From positions 192,001-256,000 of the forward strand of contig CAWDRG010000019.1 in assembly GCA_963804645.1 (NCBI GenBank): a stretch of DNA of 64,000 nt, given 5' to 3'. Each line of letters begins with the position of its first letter. Positions within the stretch are counted from its first letter, which is position 1. The notes beneath the pieces were generated by a model, which was not told the DNA's origin, made no database searches, and was given only the letters and a program-made list of their open reading frames with translations. This document shows, one piece after another, positions 40,204-50,988 of this stretch. The translations under genes and the position numbers were made by a program. Origin of the DNA: an uncultured Bacillota bacterium. GTDB taxonomy: Bacteria > Sysuimicrobiota > Sysuimicrobiia > Sysuimicrobiales > Segetimicrobiaceae.

Positions 40204-41027
40204 GGCGCCGCGACCCCGCCCGGCGCGTGCAGGTGGTCACGAGCGCGGCGGTCGTGGCGGCGGTGGTTGCCGCGGCCGCGTTCCCGGGGCTGTTCACCGG
40301 GAAGGATCCGCTGCTGATGCACCCGACCATCCCGTTCGCGCCGCCGGGCGGTGCGTATCTGCTCGGCACCGACGAGTTCGGGCGCGACCTCTTTTCGCGC
40401 ATCGTGTACGGCGCGCGGCCGTCGCTCGAGGTCGCCGCTGGGTCCGTCGCGGTCGCCGGCGCGGTGGGGACGGCGCTCGGTGTCATCGGCGGGTACTGGT
40501 CGGGCGTGTGGGAGACGGTCACGATGCGGTCGGCCGACGTGGTGCTGTGTTTCCCGCCCATCCTGCTCGCGATGCTGATCGCCGGGTTTCTCGGCGCCGG
40601 CGTCGGGCACCTGATCCTGATCATCGGGTTCCTCTATCTTCCGCAGTTCAGCCGGCTGGCGTTCGCTCAGACGCTCGCGGTACGCCAGGCGGAGTTCGTG
40701 GACGCGGCCCGGGCCGCCGGCGCGTCGTCGGGGCGCATCCTCGGGCGCGCGGTCCTGCCGAATATCGTGGGCCCGCTCGTCATCCAGGCGTCGCTCTCCG
40801 CGGCGTCGGCGATGCTGCTGGAGTCCGGGCTCAGTTTCCTGGGCCTCGGCGTGCTTCCGCCGGCGCCGTCGTGGGGGCTGGAGATCGCCACCGCCCGAAA
40901 TTACATGTTTCAGACCCCGTACTATGTGCTGTGGCCGTCGCTGGCGCTGAGCCTGACGATTCTTGGGATCAACACGATGGGCGACGCGCTGCTCGACTAC
41001 CTCGATCCCCGGCGCCGCGCCGGCTGA
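40200..41027 (+). CDS. Peptide ABC permease (DppC/OppC-like)
   Basis: LGTDEFGRD, EFVDAARAAGA, LSFLGLG and PSWG motifs. Confidence 0.93.
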   Translation: MRRRDPARRVQVVTSAAVVAAVVAAAAFPGLFTGKDPLLMHPTIPFAPPGGAYLLGTDEFGRDLFSRIVYGARPSLEVAAGSVAVAGAVGTALGVIGGYWSGVWETVTMRSADVVLCFPPILLAMLIAGFLGAGVGHLILIIGFLYLPQFSRLAFAQTLAVRQAEFVDAARAAGASSGRILGRAVLPNIVGPLVIQASLSAASAMLLESGLSFLGLGVLPPAPSWGLEIATARNYMFQTPYYVLWPSLALSLTILGINTMGDALLDYLDPRRRAG

Positions 41028-41203
41028 GGCGGGCGCCCGGCGACAGGGCGGATGTACTGGGCACTCCTGTCGTGCGCGGTTCCACGGGCGGCAGTCCGCC
41101 GCGTCCTCCCGACTGGGACCGCGCCGTTGAACACCCGGTCGCCTGCGCCCGCTGGTGTCAGGGACATCGTGTGCGGCCGTGCCTGCGTGACATGGGCTCG
41201 AGC

Positions 41204-43105
41204 TTAGGCGTGAGCCGCACTGCCTGCCGGGACGAGACCGCGAGAGGGCGCTCGCGTCGGCATCGGGCGCGTCGGAAGGGTGGGGGGCAGGGGCGGTGCT
41301 GCGATCAGGGCGTCGAGTTCGTCGCTGTCGAGCGACTCCCGCTCCAGCAGGGCGGTGGCGATTCGCTCCAGTTGTGCCTTGTGCTCGCCGAGGACCTGTC
41401 GGGCCCGGTGGTAACATTCGTCGATGATCCGCCGGACCTCCATGTCGATCTCATACGCGGTCTCGTCGGAGTAGCCCCGGCTCTCGATCAAGTCATGACC
41501 GAGAAACACCGGCCCATGCTTCGTCCCGAGCGTGAGCGGGCCCAGTTTGTCGGACATCCCGAACTCGGTCACCATTCGCCGTGCCAGCTCGGTCGCGTGT
41601 TCGAAGTCGTTCGCCGCGCCGGTGGTGATCTCAGAGAACACGAGTTCCTCGGCCACCCGGCCGCCGAGCATCGCCGTGATGGTGGCCAGGATCTCGCCAC
41701 GGGTGAGCGTGTACTTCTCCTCTGCCGGCAGGAGGAGGACATACCCGAGTGCCATCCCGCGCGGCAGGATCGTCACCTTGTGCGGCGGACTCGCGTGCGG
41801 CAGTAGTTTTCCAAGCAGGGCGTGCCCACCCTCATGGTACGCGGTGAGCGCGCGTTCCTTGGCGCTCAAAATCCGGCTCTTGCGTTGCGGACCGGCAAGC
41901 ACGCGCTCGATCGCCTCGTCGAACTCGGCGCGACCGAGACGCGTCTTCTCCCGGCGCGCCGTCAGGAGCGCCGCCTCGTTGACCATGTTCGCCAGGTCCG
42001 CTCCGCTGAATCCCGGTGTCCGGCGCGCGAGGAGGTCGAGGTTGACGTCGTCGGCGATTGGCTTCCCGCGCACGTGCACGTCCAAGATCGCCCGCCGTCC
42101 CTTCGCGTCGGGATTGTCCACCACGATGCGCCGGTCGAACCGGCCCGGCCGCAGCAGCGCCGGATCCAGAATATCCGGTCGGTTCGTCGACGCGAGCACG
42201 ATGACCCCCGAGTTCGTATCGAACCCATCCATCGCGACCAGCAACTGGTTGAGCGTCTGTTCGCGCTCGTCGTGCCCGCCGCCGACTCCCGCCCCGCGGT
42301 GGCGGCCGACCGCGTCGATTTCATCGATGAAGACGAGACACGGGGCGGATTTCTTCGCTTGGTCGAACAGATCCCGCACCCGGCTGGCCCCGACCCCCAC
42401 GAACATCTCCACGAACTCGCTGCCCGCGAGCGCGAAGAACGGGACCCCGGCCTCCCCGGCAATGGCCTTCGCGAGCAGCGTCTTGCCGCTGCCGGGAGGA
42501 CCGATCAGGAGGACGCCTCGGGGGATCTTCGCCCCCAGCGCCTGGAATTTCTTCGGATATCGCAAAAACTCAATGATCTCCGCGAGCTCTTCCTTGGCTT
42601 CCTCCACGCCAGCCACGTCCTCGAACGTCACCCGGGACTTTACCTCGGTGTGCGGCCGCGCCTGGATCTTGCCGAACGACATCGCCTGGTTCGGGCCCGA
42701 CTGGGCCCGCCGGAGCATAAACAGCCAGACGCCGACCACGACGAGGATCGGCAGCATCATGGTCAGCAGGGTCGACCAGGGCGACGACCGGGACTGCGGC
42801 TCCGCCGTGATCGTGACGCCTTTGGCTTCCAACACCCCGATGTACGAGGGGTCACCGGCCGGGACGTATGCGTGGAATGCACGGCCGTCCTTCATCTGAC
42901 CGGAGACGGAGTCGTTCGTCACGGTGACCCGGCTCATCTGGCCGGCCTCGGCCTTGTTGAGAAAATCGCTGTAGGGAATCTCTTGTGGCGGGAGCGCCCG
43001 AGGCTGCGGCGCGCCCTTCGGGGTGAGAAACAGCGCCATCGCCATGTCGACGGCGATAAAGATCGCGAGCCCCCAAATATACGCGCGCCCCGCAAACTTA
43101 CGCAC
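41204..43105 (-). CDS. ftsH: ATP-dependent zinc metalloprotease FtsH, probable paralog
   Basis: Two TM helices; [23 protein letters not shown] and HEGGH motifs. Confidence 0.95.
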   Translation of the reverse strand: MRKFAGRAYIWGLAIFIAVDMAMALFLTPKGAPQPRALPPQEIPYSDFLNKAEAGQMSRVTVTNDSVSGQMKDGRAFHAYVPAGDPSYIGVLEAKGVTITAEPQSRSSPWSTLLTMMLPILVVVGVWLFMLRRAQSGPNQAMSFGKIQARPHTEVKSRVTFEDVAGVEEAKEELAEIIEFLRYPKKFQALGAKIPRGVLLIGPPGSGKTLLAKAIAGEAGVPFFALAGSEFVEMFVGVGASRVRDLFDQAKKSAPCLVFIDEIDAVGRHRGAGVGGGHDEREQTLNQLLVAMDGFDTNSGVIVLASTNRPDILDPALLRPGRFDRRIVVDNPDAKGRRAILDVHVRGKPIADDVNLDLLARRTPGFSGADLANMVNEAALLTARREKTRLGRAEFDEAIERVLAGPQRKSRILSAKERALTAYHEGGHALLGKLLPHASPPHKVTILPRGMALGYVLLLPAEEKYTLTRGEILATITAMLGGRVAEELVFSEITTGAANDFEHATELARRMVTEFGMSDKLGPLTLGTKHGPVFLGHDLIESRGYSDETAYEIDMEVRRIIDECYHRARQVLGEHKAQLERIATALLERESLDSDELDALIAAPPLPPTLPTRPMPTRAPSRGLVPAGSAAHA

Positions 43106-43674
43106 GCTCAGCGGCCCTCCATTTGTCCACTCGGGGTGGCGGGTCCATTGCGCACGTGTGACCCCGGGGCGCGTGTGTTCCGCGACGCCGATCGCGACGG
43201 GGGCATCTGCGTGTACCCAACCAATGCCCCGGCGGAGCGTCGGAGCAGCTGCGTCCTAGCGCTCCCGGCTACATCCACGGGGCGCGACGGTCGTGTCATC
43301 CTCCGTGATCGGTTTGGGCCATCCACGCTGTGCTCTCCTGGGGGCGACGCGTACGAACGAAACGTCGATCATCCCGACCACGAGCTAAGCGTAGCACCAT
43401 GTGCAGATCCCTGACTGTGCAAAACCGCTCACATTTCTTCACACCGTGCGCGTGGCAACGACGGCGGCAGTCGTGTTGATCTCCGTGCATTCCGTTGAGC
43501 TACGCACAGGAACGGAGGCCGAATCGCGATGTCGGCACCGGACGACCCTCTCGGACGAGGTACGTCTCGCGGGCCAGGACGTTCGCATAGTCGCAGCGAT
43601 GTCGCGGCCTCGTCGGGCCAACACGCGCGCTCGGGCCACCGCTCTCTTTGGTCTCTCTGTGGTCGTTGACGCCC

Positions 43675-43718
43675 TGTGACATTATTCACAGCCCCCCGGC
43701 GCCGTGCGGTGCTACGCT
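43675..43718 (+). promoter_or_regulatory. CRP/FNR-type site plus extended -10 (class II-like promoter)
   Basis: TGTGA-CATTAT-TCACA at 43675-43690; TGC-TACGCT at 43710-43718. Confidence 0.7.
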
Positions 43719-43804
43719 TTTGGTGGCCGATCATTGTCACACGTCTCATGGCGCAACTCGCTCAGTAGCGTTGAGCGCATCCGAGACGAAAGGGGGGAAC
43801 GCCA

Positions 43805-43954
43805 ATGCTGTGGACGCTGGTCGTCGTCCTCTTCGTGTTGTGGCTGTTCGGGTTCGGCATGCATGTCGGGGGCAGCCTGATTCACTTGCTACTGGTATTC
43901 GCGCTGATCGTGTTGATCTTCAACTTGTTCAGCGGCCGCCGGATGTTGACGTAG
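43805..43954 (+). CDS. Small membrane protein, lmo0937/DUF5670-like (49 aa)
   Basis: MLWTLVVVLFVLWLFGFGMHVGGSLIHLLLVFALIVLIFNLFSGRR; RBS; absent from the ORF track. Confidence 0.85.
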   Translation: MLWTLVVVLFVLWLFGFGMHVGGSLIHLLLVFALIVLIFNLFSGRRMLT

Positions 43955-44017
43955 ATCGCAGATCTGGCGGTCGGAAGCCCGAGACCAACATCTCATATGT
44001 TCCGGGGGGGCGTTAGG

Positions 44018-44323
44018 ATGCGACTGCACAGGTACACCTTGAATCTGAGGAGCGTGAGGACCGCGGTGCTGGCGGGGAGACGCTATCCCGGGCTTGCCTT
44101 CATATTAGCGATGGTGGCGGTGCTGGCGATAGGGGTATTGCCGGCCGCTGCCGCGGTCGCCGGTCGCGGCATGACGTTCACGCTGGGCGTGGCGACGTTG
44201 TCGCCGATTGTGGCGTTGATCGCGGGGATCTTGATTCTGGTCGTGCCGCGGCTTCTGAACTTTATCGTCGCGATTTATCTCATCTTTTCCGGGTTGCTCG
44301 GGCTTGGGCTCTTTGGGCGTTGA
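44018..44323 (+). CDS. DUF3096-domain membrane protein
   Basis: PIVALIAGILILVVPRLLNFIVAIYLI signature; start uncertain. Confidence 0.8.
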   Translation: MRLHRYTLNLRSVRTAVLAGRRYPGLAFILAMVAVLAIGVLPAAAAVAGRGMTFTLGVATLSPIVALIAGILILVVPRLLNFIVAIYLIFSGLLGLGLFGR

Positions 44324-44799
44324 GCGCCACATCACCGCGGGCAGGTGCGGGGGAGACGACGGCCGCGATGCGGCGACGGCGACCGCTCGTTCGACGTGAC
44401 TTCACCCCCCGGTGGGTTTGTTGAAGAACGAGGCGATGATGCCCAGTCATGGTGTGTGGTGGAGGACGGCGACTGTTTGCACCGGCCCCATCCCCCAGCG
44501 ATCGCGTTGCCGTCCTCGCCGGTCTCGCGCGGCCCCTCAGCCGTACTCGGCCGCCACCGGTACTTCTGGAGCTCGACCGCTCCCGCGAGCGCGTACTTGA
44601 GCAGCGCCAATGCCGCCACGATGTCATGGACGTGACGCCGTCTGGTATGTCGACTTCGTTTCGCGAATGAGTAACGCACCAACCCATCCCGGTCGTCGAG
44701 CTGCGGATCTTGGACCATCGCGGACGAGCCCCGATCCCCCACGGCGATCTTCACCGAGGAGACGCTCCAGAAGTCTGACGACCTTCCGCCGTTGACCCC

Positions 44800-44842
44800 T
44801 GTGACATTGCTAACAGTTCCGCAGGCCGGGGAGTGCTACGCT
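44800..44842 (+). promoter_or_regulatory. Second CRP/FNR-type site plus extended -10
   Basis: TGTGA-CATTGC-TAACA at 44800-44815; TGC-TACGCT at 44834-44842. Confidence 0.65.
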
Positions 44843-44891
44843 TTTGGTGAGAGAGTGTTGTCGCCAGTCTCATGGTGAGGAGGAAACCCGG

Positions 44892-45125
44892 ATGAAGGCA
44901 GTGGATCGCATGAAAATCGGGGTTGCCCTTGTGCTCGCCACGTTCTTGGCCGTTCTTGGAATCGGACTTCGTCCCGGTGCACCGCCGGGGAACCCCAAGA
45001 TACGTGTGGTGGTTGGCTCCGATCATCCTGATGCGTCGAGGCGAGCGGAGACAGGCACCAAATCGACCTTCACGGTGGACGGTGTTCCTCTCATCGTCGA
45101 TGAGGAAACTGTCATCTATGCGTAG
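44892..45125 (+). CDS. Small hypothetical exported protein
   Basis: GAGGAGG RBS; N-terminal hydrophobic helix; downstream of the promoter module. Confidence 0.55.
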   Translation: MKAVDRMKIGVALVLATFLAVLGIGLRPGAPPGNPKIRVVVGSDHPDASRRAETGTKSTFTVDGVPLIVDEETVIYA

Positions 45126-45454
45126 GCTGAGAGTGTGAGGGACTCAGATAGTCCCCGGGTGGGCGCGGCGTAGACGCGAGCTTGGACGACCGAGAGGCCG
45201 GGTTCGCGTGAGTTCTGGTTAGGTTGTCGCCCAGCCGGCCGGCGGAGCACGTTGTCGCCGAGGGGGACCTCCAGTGAAGGCGCCGATTCGGATGCGAGTC
45301 GGCCCGTGATGGCGGGTCGAGCAATCCGGCCGACCAATTCATTACCAATTTGTGTGGCCTGCTTGTCCGATTCGGCAAGAGGATCGAGGTCGATCCAAAT
45401 GGCGCCCATCGCGGATTTGCACTCGGCAACGCAACAAGCCCGACTGAAGGTGTC

Positions 45455-46675
45455 GTGGTGACCTTCGCGACCCTGTTTCGGGTCGCTTGGCAGGCGTTGG
45501 AGCGGAATGGCATGCGGTCGCTGTTGACGATGCTCGGCATCATTATCGGTGTCGGGGCGGTCATCACGTCGATGGCAATCGGGTCGGGGGCCCAAATGGC
45601 GGTCCTCGCACAGATCGAGAGCCTTGGGGCGAACCTCGTTGTCATCAGCCCTGGTGCGGTCACAAGCGGCGGGGTGAGCCTTGGCACCGGTACCCAGACG
45701 TCGTTGACACTTCCGGACGCTGCGGCGATCGCGCAGATCGTCCCGGATGTCGTCGCAGCGGCGCCATTTTCACAAACCAACGCGCAGGTGGTCGCCGGCA
45801 ACGCCAACTGGTCTACGGTTATCGGCGGCACAACGCCGGCGTACACGACGGCGCGTGACTGGGCGGTGACGCAGGGGACCTTCTTCACCGACGCCGAGGT
45901 GGCCCAAGCAGCGAAGGTCGCGGTCTTGGGCGCTACCGTTGCCCAGAACCTGTTCCCCAGTGGAGGTGCGGTCGGTGCGACCGCGGTCATCCGAGACGTC
46001 CCGTTTCGAGTGACGGGCGTCCTCGTCGCCAAGGGGCAGTCGGGATTCGGACGTGACCAGGACGACACGGTGTTGGTTCCCATCACCACCCTGCAGGACC
46101 GTCTCACGGGCCAGACGTGGATCGGCACCATCTTTGTCTCAGCCGACACGGCGGAAGCGGTCCCGGAGGTGGTGGACGCCACGGAACGCCTGCTACGCCT
46201 TCGGCACAAGCTCACCGCGGCCGAGCCCGATGATTTCTCGGTGCGCAATATCTCCGATCTCCAGCAGGTGCGCGAGGCGACATCGCAGACCCAGGCCCTG
46301 CTGCTGGCGGGTATCGCGGTCGTTTCCCTTGTCGTCGGCGGGATCGGGATCATGAACATCATGTTGGTGTCGGTCACGGAGCGAACCCGGGAGATCGGGC
46401 TGCGTCTGGCTGTCGGCGCCCGGGGGCGCGACATTCTCTTGCAGTTCTTGGTCGAGGCGCTCACACTGGCCTGTCTGGGCGGCGCGATCGGCATTGCGAT
46501 GGGGCTCGCCTCCATCGAGGCCGTGGCGATCCTCGCACATTGGCCGGTGGTCATCTCCGGGTTTTCGATTATCTTGGGATTCACCTCGGCTGTCGTGATC
46601 GGCGCCGTGTTTGGGTTCTATCCTGCGCGGCGTGCCGCCGCGCTCGAGCCTATCGCGGCGTTGCGCTATGAGTGA
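45455..46675 (+). CDS. MacB/FtsX-like ABC permease
   Basis: RSLLTMLGIIIG, GGIGIMNIMLVSVTERTREIGLR and PIAALRYE motifs. Confidence 0.93.
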   Translation: MVTFATLFRVAWQALERNGMRSLLTMLGIIIGVGAVITSMAIGSGAQMAVLAQIESLGANLVVISPGAVTSGGVSLGTGTQTSLTLPDAAAIAQIVPDVVAAAPFSQTNAQVVAGNANWSTVIGGTTPAYTTARDWAVTQGTFFTDAEVAQAAKVAVLGATVAQNLFPSGGAVGATAVIRDVPFRVTGVLVAKGQSGFGRDQDDTVLVPITTLQDRLTGQTWIGTIFVSADTAEAVPEVVDATERLLRLRHKLTAAEPDDFSVRNISDLQQVREATSQTQALLLAGIAVVSLVVGGIGIMNIMLVSVTERTREIGLRLAVGARGRDILLQFLVEALTLACLGGAIGIAMGLASIEAVAILAHWPVVISGFSIILGFTSAVVIGAVFGFYPARRAAALEPIAALRYE

Positions 46676-47194
46676 GCGGTGGCTTGACGCCGTGCCTCGG
46701 TGGTCGGCGCCTCCCGTCCTTCTGCGGTGGCACTGTGCGCTCTCGCCGAGACGGCACGCTTCGCGCCCGCTGCGGATCCGCTCCTGAACGCGAGCGTGCG
46801 TCCTGATCTTCTGTATGCGATGGCGGGGGAAGACGGCGACCCCCAGACGACGAGCCTCCACGGAGACATGTGGGCTGGCGTGCTTCGAGACGGCGCCGAT
46901 GTCACCGCGTGTCTTGGAAGGAGGCGCCCCCCCGCAACGACAAACAGACAAACGCGCCGCATGGTGGGGTGGGTCCGATGCGATCGCACCGCGTGGGTCC
47001 CCGGCTAGTCGCGGCAGCGTCGATCGTAGCGAGTGGCGCCCGGGCCCGCGATCGGAGGGGATGACAGGGCCGGTCACAGCGACGTTGCCACGGGGTGGGC
47101 ATTGGTGCGCCTCGCTGTCGACTGCCGCGAGAGGATCCGTGATGCTGCGGCGTTCTAAAACCACGTAGTCGAGTCGTGACCGGGAAGGAGCCAC

Positions 47195-48766
47195 GTGCGG
47201 ATGCCTGGAGCGGATCGCCAGCACGCGCTCGATCACGTCGTCGTGATCATGTTCGAAAACCGGTCCTTCGACAACCTGCTGGGGCGGTTGTATCAGCCGG
47301 GCGAGGTCTCGTCGTTCGAGGGTGTCCTCGGCAAGACGCTGACGAATCCCGTTCCCGAGTGGGCCGAGAACCGTGCCGGCGGGGCGGTGATCCCGTACGG
47401 GGTGGCGACGAACATGAACACCCCCGACCCCGATCCGGGGGAGGAGTACCCCCACGTCAACACCCAGCTGTTCGGCACGATCAACCCGCCGGGGAACCGC
47501 GGCAAGCGACTCGCCGAGATCGTCGCGCCGTATAACCTTCCCGACGGCCCCGGCCGGCAGCCGACCATGGACGGGTTCGTGGCCGATTACATCAGTGCGT
47601 TTCTGGCCGGGCACGGGCGCCAGCCGACGTACGACGAGTACGCGCAGATCATGACGGGCTACACGCCCGCGCAGATGCCGGTGATCTCGGCGCTCGCGCG
47701 GGGTTTCGCAACCTTCGATCATTGGTTCTGCGAGGTGCCGTCGCAGACGTTCACGAACCGGGCATTCTTTCATGCCGGCACCGCGTCGGGATACGTCAAC
47801 AACATCCCGCCGGCGGACGCCTTCCCCGTACGCAACGACGCCGAGACGCTCTTCGAGCGGCTGGAGTCCGCGGGCCTGACCTGGCGTGTGTACTGCGATC
47901 CGCCGAGCCACCTGTCCTTCACCGCGATCATCCACGCGCGGCGCCTCGTCGACCGGTTCGCCACGCACTTCTTCACGGTCGACCAATTTCTCGAGGACGC
48001 CGCCCAGGGGCACCTGCCGACGTACGCGTTCATCGAGCCCAACATGTGGTTCGGTCACAACGACATGCACCCGCCCTGCGGCGTGCTGCCCCCGGGGGTC
48101 GCGTGGGACCCGCCGTCGTCCCTCCTGGGCGGCGACGCGCTGCTGGCGAAGATCTACGACGCCGTGCGGACGGCGTCATCGCCCGCCGGCTCGAACTATC
48201 TCAACACCCTGCTGCTGGTGGTCTTCGACGAGCACGGCGGCACGTACGACCACGTGCCGCCGCCGTCCGTACCGGCGCCCGACCCGTCGGCGCCGGCGGG
48301 CCAATGCGGCTTCACGTTCACCCGCGCGGGGGTCCGCCTGCCCGCGATCGCGATCTCCCCGTGGATTCCCCCGCGCACCGTGGTGAACGAGCCGCACCGC
48401 CACACGTCGGTGATCCGGACGCTGCGGGAACGCTGGTCGCTTGGCGCGGCGCTCACCGCGCGCGACGCGACCGCTCCCGATCTCGCGGGCGTCCTGACGC
48501 TCACCGCGCCGCGGGCGCAGGAGGATTGGCCCATCGTCGTGCCGCAGCCCGTGCCTTCATTCCATGCGTCGCTGATCGCGCCCGGCGTGCTGCTCCACCC
48601 GCTCGGCACGGCCCTGCTCCACGGGGCGCTGGCGTTCGCCAGACATGTCGGGCGCCCCGCGCCGGACCTTGCCCAGGACGCCATCCTCACGCACGACGAG
48701 GCGACCCAGATCCTCCATGAGGTCTCCGCCGAGATGTTCCCGAACCTGCGGCCGCCGGCTGGATGA
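47195..48766 (+). CDS. Phosphoesterase / phospholipase C family protein
   Basis: HVVVIMFENRSFD, TFTNR, DMHP and FDEHGGTYDHVPPP motifs. Confidence 0.9.
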   Translation: MRMPGADRQHALDHVVVIMFENRSFDNLLGRLYQPGEVSSFEGVLGKTLTNPVPEWAENRAGGAVIPYGVATNMNTPDPDPGEEYPHVNTQLFGTINPPGNRGKRLAEIVAPYNLPDGPGRQPTMDGFVADYISAFLAGHGRQPTYDEYAQIMTGYTPAQMPVISALARGFATFDHWFCEVPSQTFTNRAFFHAGTASGYVNNIPPADAFPVRNDAETLFERLESAGLTWRVYCDPPSHLSFTAIIHARRLVDRFATHFFTVDQFLEDAAQGHLPTYAFIEPNMWFGHNDMHPPCGVLPPGVAWDPPSSLLGGDALLAKIYDAVRTASSPAGSNYLNTLLLVVFDEHGGTYDHVPPPSVPAPDPSAPAGQCGFTFTRAGVRLPAIAISPWIPPRTVVNEPHRHTSVIRTLRERWSLGAALTARDATAPDLAGVLTLTAPRAQEDWPIVVPQPVPSFHASLIAPGVLLHPLGTALLHGALAFARHVGRPAPDLAQDAILTHDEATQILHEVSAEMFPNLRPPAG

Positions 48767-48923
48767 GCCGTCGAGCCGGAGCGCCCCTGGTGCCCGCGCC
48801 GCCGCGGGCGGCCGGAGAGGGAGTGCTATACTCTGCGGGGAGTCATGCCCATGCGAAGCGCGGCGCGCCCATGGGGCGACGGCGTGAGACGGTTGGTATG
48901 CGGGTGAGGGCGGCCTCAGCCCT

Positions 48924-50405
48924 GTGATGGAAGCGTCCCCGCAGCGGGTGCCGACCCGCGTCCCGGCCATCGCGGTGGCCGGGCTCGTCGCCGCCGGCGC
49001 GGTGCTCCGGTTCGCTTGGCTCGGACGCAACAGCCTCTGGTACGACGAGACGTTTACCGCCCTGGTGAGCAGCCTCGCGTGGCCGAAACTTCTCGCGTTC
49101 ATCCGCCTGACCGACACCCATCCGCCGCTCTACTACGCGGTCGTCAAGCTCTGGACGGCGGTCGCCGGCACGAGCGAGGCCGCGCTGCGGTTTCCATCCG
49201 CGTGCTTCGGGGCCGCCGTCGTGGGGGCGACGTACGCCCTCGCGCGCCGGGTGACGACGGTTCCGGTGAGCCTGCTTGCCGCGCTGTTCGTCGCCCTGGC
49301 ACCGATCGACGTGATGACGAGTCAGGACGCCCGAATGTACGCGCTCCTCGAGCTGCTCGCGGTGGGGAGTACGTGGGCGCTCGTCGCCGCCACCGAGACC
49401 CGGCGCGCCCGCGTGTGGGTGGGCTACGCGCTCCTCCTCGCGCTCATGGGCTACACCCAGTACCTCGGCGGGCTCGTGGGGATCGCGCAGGGGCTCTGGG
49501 TGCTGCTGTACCGGCGGTCCGAGGCCCCGCGCTGGGGTGCGGCGGCGGTCGCCGTCTTGGTGCTCTACGCGCCGTGGCTGCCGTCGATGTGGTGGCAGGT
49601 GACGCACCCTCCGTTCATCGGCTGGTACGCGCAGCCGCTCTACCTCAGCGTCACCGACCTGCTCGGGCTCCTCGCGTTCGGCGGGTCGCTCCTCGGCACC
49701 GCCAGCTTCTTTCAGGCCAGCACGCTGCCGTTCGTGGAGCGGCTGATCCTCGTGCTGCCGTTCTGCGTGGTGCTGTGGCGCGGGATCGTCTCGCTGCGCG
49801 CCACCCCCTCGGCGCTCGGCCTGGTCATCCTGCCGCCGCTGGTGGTGGTCGGCACGATGCTGGTGCTGTCGGCGCCGCGCCCGCTGCCGGTGTTCCTGCC
49901 GCGCTGGTTCTCGTTCCTGCTGCCGTTCTACGCGGTGCTCCTCGCCCAAGGGGTCGTGGATCTCGCGGCGCATGTCCGGGCGCGCCGCACGCTCGTCGTC
50001 GCGGCCGTGACCGCCGCGCTGGTGCTGTCGAGCGTCCCCGTGTTGTGGGGGTACTATTTCGATCCGGGCGCCAGGCCGGACCGCTGGCGGGACGCCGCGG
50101 GGCTCCTGCGCCAGAATCTCGACCGCGACAACATCCTGATCTACGCCTCGCCCGAGGTGGCGATTGCCCTCCGGTACTACCTGCCGAGCCCGCCAGGCGC
50201 CGCGGCCTACCTGCCGATCACCGTGACGCCCGAGTGGCTTGACGGGATCACGTCACGGTACCAGCAGGTGTGGCTGGTGCGCACCGCGGTGGAGGAGCCG
50301 CGGGTCACCGCGCGGCTCGGGCTGTTTGCGGCTCGCTTCACGGTGCTCAGCACACGCGACTTCGGGGGGGTGCGGGTCTATTCGCTCAGGCCGACCCGGC
50401 GGTAG
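48924..50405 (+). CDS. GT-C glycosyltransferase (GT39/PMT-like)
   Basis: SLWYDE, DTHPPLYY, SEAALRFPS and SQDARMY motifs; many TM helices. Confidence 0.88.
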   Translation: MMEASPQRVPTRVPAIAVAGLVAAGAVLRFAWLGRNSLWYDETFTALVSSLAWPKLLAFIRLTDTHPPLYYAVVKLWTAVAGTSEAALRFPSACFGAAVVGATYALARRVTTVPVSLLAALFVALAPIDVMTSQDARMYALLELLAVGSTWALVAATETRRARVWVGYALLLALMGYTQYLGGLVGIAQGLWVLLYRRSEAPRWGAAAVAVLVLYAPWLPSMWWQVTHPPFIGWYAQPLYLSVTDLLGLLAFGGSLLGTASFFQASTLPFVERLILVLPFCVVLWRGIVSLRATPSALGLVILPPLVVVGTMLVLSAPRPLPVFLPRWFSFLLPFYAVLLAQGVVDLAAHVRARRTLVVAAVTAALVLSSVPVLWGYYFDPGARPDRWRDAAGLLRQNLDRDNILIYASPEVAIALRYYLPSPPGAAAYLPITVTPEWLDGITSRYQQVWLVRTAVEEPRVTARLGLFAARFTVLSTRDFGGVRVYSLRPTRR

Positions 50406-50598
50406 TCCCCACGGGTTCGAGGGCCGCCGCCGCAGGAGTTTCGGAACCCGGGATAGCTGATCCACCGGGTCGCCCATAAAGAGGCCGATAAGGCGGCCGC
50501 TGCCAGCATCGTGGCAGGGGCCTCTATTTTCGCATTCGAACGGAGTACTTGCATTCACGAGTATCTTATGCTACTAATTACCATAGGATGAGGCGTCG

Positions 50599-50988
50599 AT
50601 GACAAAACCGACCCCGAAGTTGCGCGTGGACTTCACGGCGCCGCGCGGCCCGGTGGCGGCGCGGCTGCGGCAGCAGCAGCATGAGCTGTTGCGACGGTTT
50701 CGGTTGCCGGCGGAGTTGCTGGAGCAGTTGCCGGGATCGTTGTCGTTGACTCATTTGCGGTGTGGGAAACCGACGTGCCACTGTGCGCGCGGTGAAGGAC
50801 ATCCGGCGTGGCATCTGACGTACACCGTCGGGGGGCGGAAACAGGTGCTGCACATTCCGACCGCGCTGGCGGAGGAGATCGGGCACCGGGTGGAGGCGGG
50901 GCATGCGGTGCAGGATGCGGTCCGCGACGTGCTGGCCGCTAACGCGCAGTTGTTGAAGTTGGCGCGTCAGCAGCAGCGGCGGCGATGA
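50599..50988 (+). CDS. DUF6788-like IS accessory protein
   Basis: GSL...RCGKPTCHCARGEGHP motif; ATGA-coupled to the transposase. Confidence 0.8.
   Translation: MTKPTPKLRVDFTAPRGPVAARLRQQQHELLRRFRLPAELLEQLPGSLSLTHLRCGKPTCHCARGEGHPAWHLTYTVGGRKQVLHIPTALAEEIGHRVEAGHAVQDAVRDVLAANAQLLKLARQQQRRR

Noticed and set aside
50408..50432. tRNA at the insertion site of the two-ORF IS (GGGTTCGAG)
   Set aside because: No cloverleaf or acceptor stem even after removing the IS
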